IMG/VR virus record: IMGVR_UViG_3300045988_101483 | DNA length: 41,242 nt | DNA from: a virus | Reading direction: 5' to 3' (one strand) | Shown here: positions 41,163 to 41,242 of the stretch, piece after piece | How positions within the stretch are numbered: position 1 is the first letter of the stretch | Layout of the letters: every line of letters begins with the position of its first letter | Program-made: the position numbers and the translations under genes | Notes under the pieces: generated by a model | Databases searched by the model: none | What the model saw: only the letters and a program-made list of their open reading frames with translations | Told to the model about the DNA's origin: nothing

Positions 41163-41242
41163 ATGGCTTATCCAACTATGACCCTTAAAGAGTTCAATGA
41201 GTACATGCAGGAGGGACATTATCAATACTCGCTGTTCATCAT
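41163..41242 (+). CDS. 5' part of a hypothetical early gene that continues across the circular junction into 18..320.
   Basis: The ATG at 41163 lies 1 nt after the helicase stop. It reads MAYPTMTLKEFNEYMQEGH and stays in frame with ORF 18..320 through the overlap. Confidence 0.6.
   Translation, partial: MAYPTMTLKEFNEYMQEGHYQYSLFI
41188..41242. repeat. Second copy of the 55-bp terminal overlap.
   Basis: Identical to 1-55. Confidence 0.95.

Overview
The window is one complete temperate siphovirus-type phage or prophage genome. It is closed as a circle: bases 1-55 are identical to 41188-41242, so the unique length is 41187 bp. Strong AGGAGG-type ribosome binding sites and the gene families present suggest a Lactobacillaceae-like Firmicute host (inference). 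In window order the modules are: (1) early and accessory genes at 1-5548, including two orphan DNA methyltransferases; (2) an ArpU-type late regulator at 5618-6046; (3) an ORF-free, highly structured region of about 580 nt at 6047-6626 with three tRNA-like modules and a terminator; (4) an accessory block at 6650-9458; (5) an HNH endonuclease, a probable cos region, terS and terL at 9462-12440; (6) HK97-like head genes (portal, ClpP-type protease, major capsid) and head-tail joining genes at 12620-17161; (7) tail genes at 17173-26811 (major tail protein, G/GT chaperone, tape measure with a lytic transglycosylase domain, Dit, Tal); (8) the lysis cassette at 27153-29248 (XkdX-like protein, LL-H-type holin, secreted GH25-SH3b-LysM endolysin); (9) a post-lysin moron locus; (10) a probable attP, the integrase, a membrane protein and a CI-like repressor on the minus strand at 29878-32856; (11) a divergent genetic switch, cro-like and antirepressor genes; (12) the recombination and replication module at 35740-41161 (DUF1351 protein, ERF, HNH homing endonuclease, SSB, replication initiator with internal iterons, DnaB-like helicase). 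The two most unusual observations are these. First, the C5-cytosine methyltransferase gene at 1938-2798 carries a 204-codon stop-free +1 frame (2092-2703). Its translation has family-like motifs and a synonymous-substitution signature, which suggests a dual-coding (overprinted) methyltransferase. Second, the large structured non-coding region at 6047-6626 is built from stacked acceptor/T-arm tRNA-like units and is a candidate ornate large ncRNA of the ROOL/GOLLD class. No database search could be run, so all family calls rest on motif recognition.
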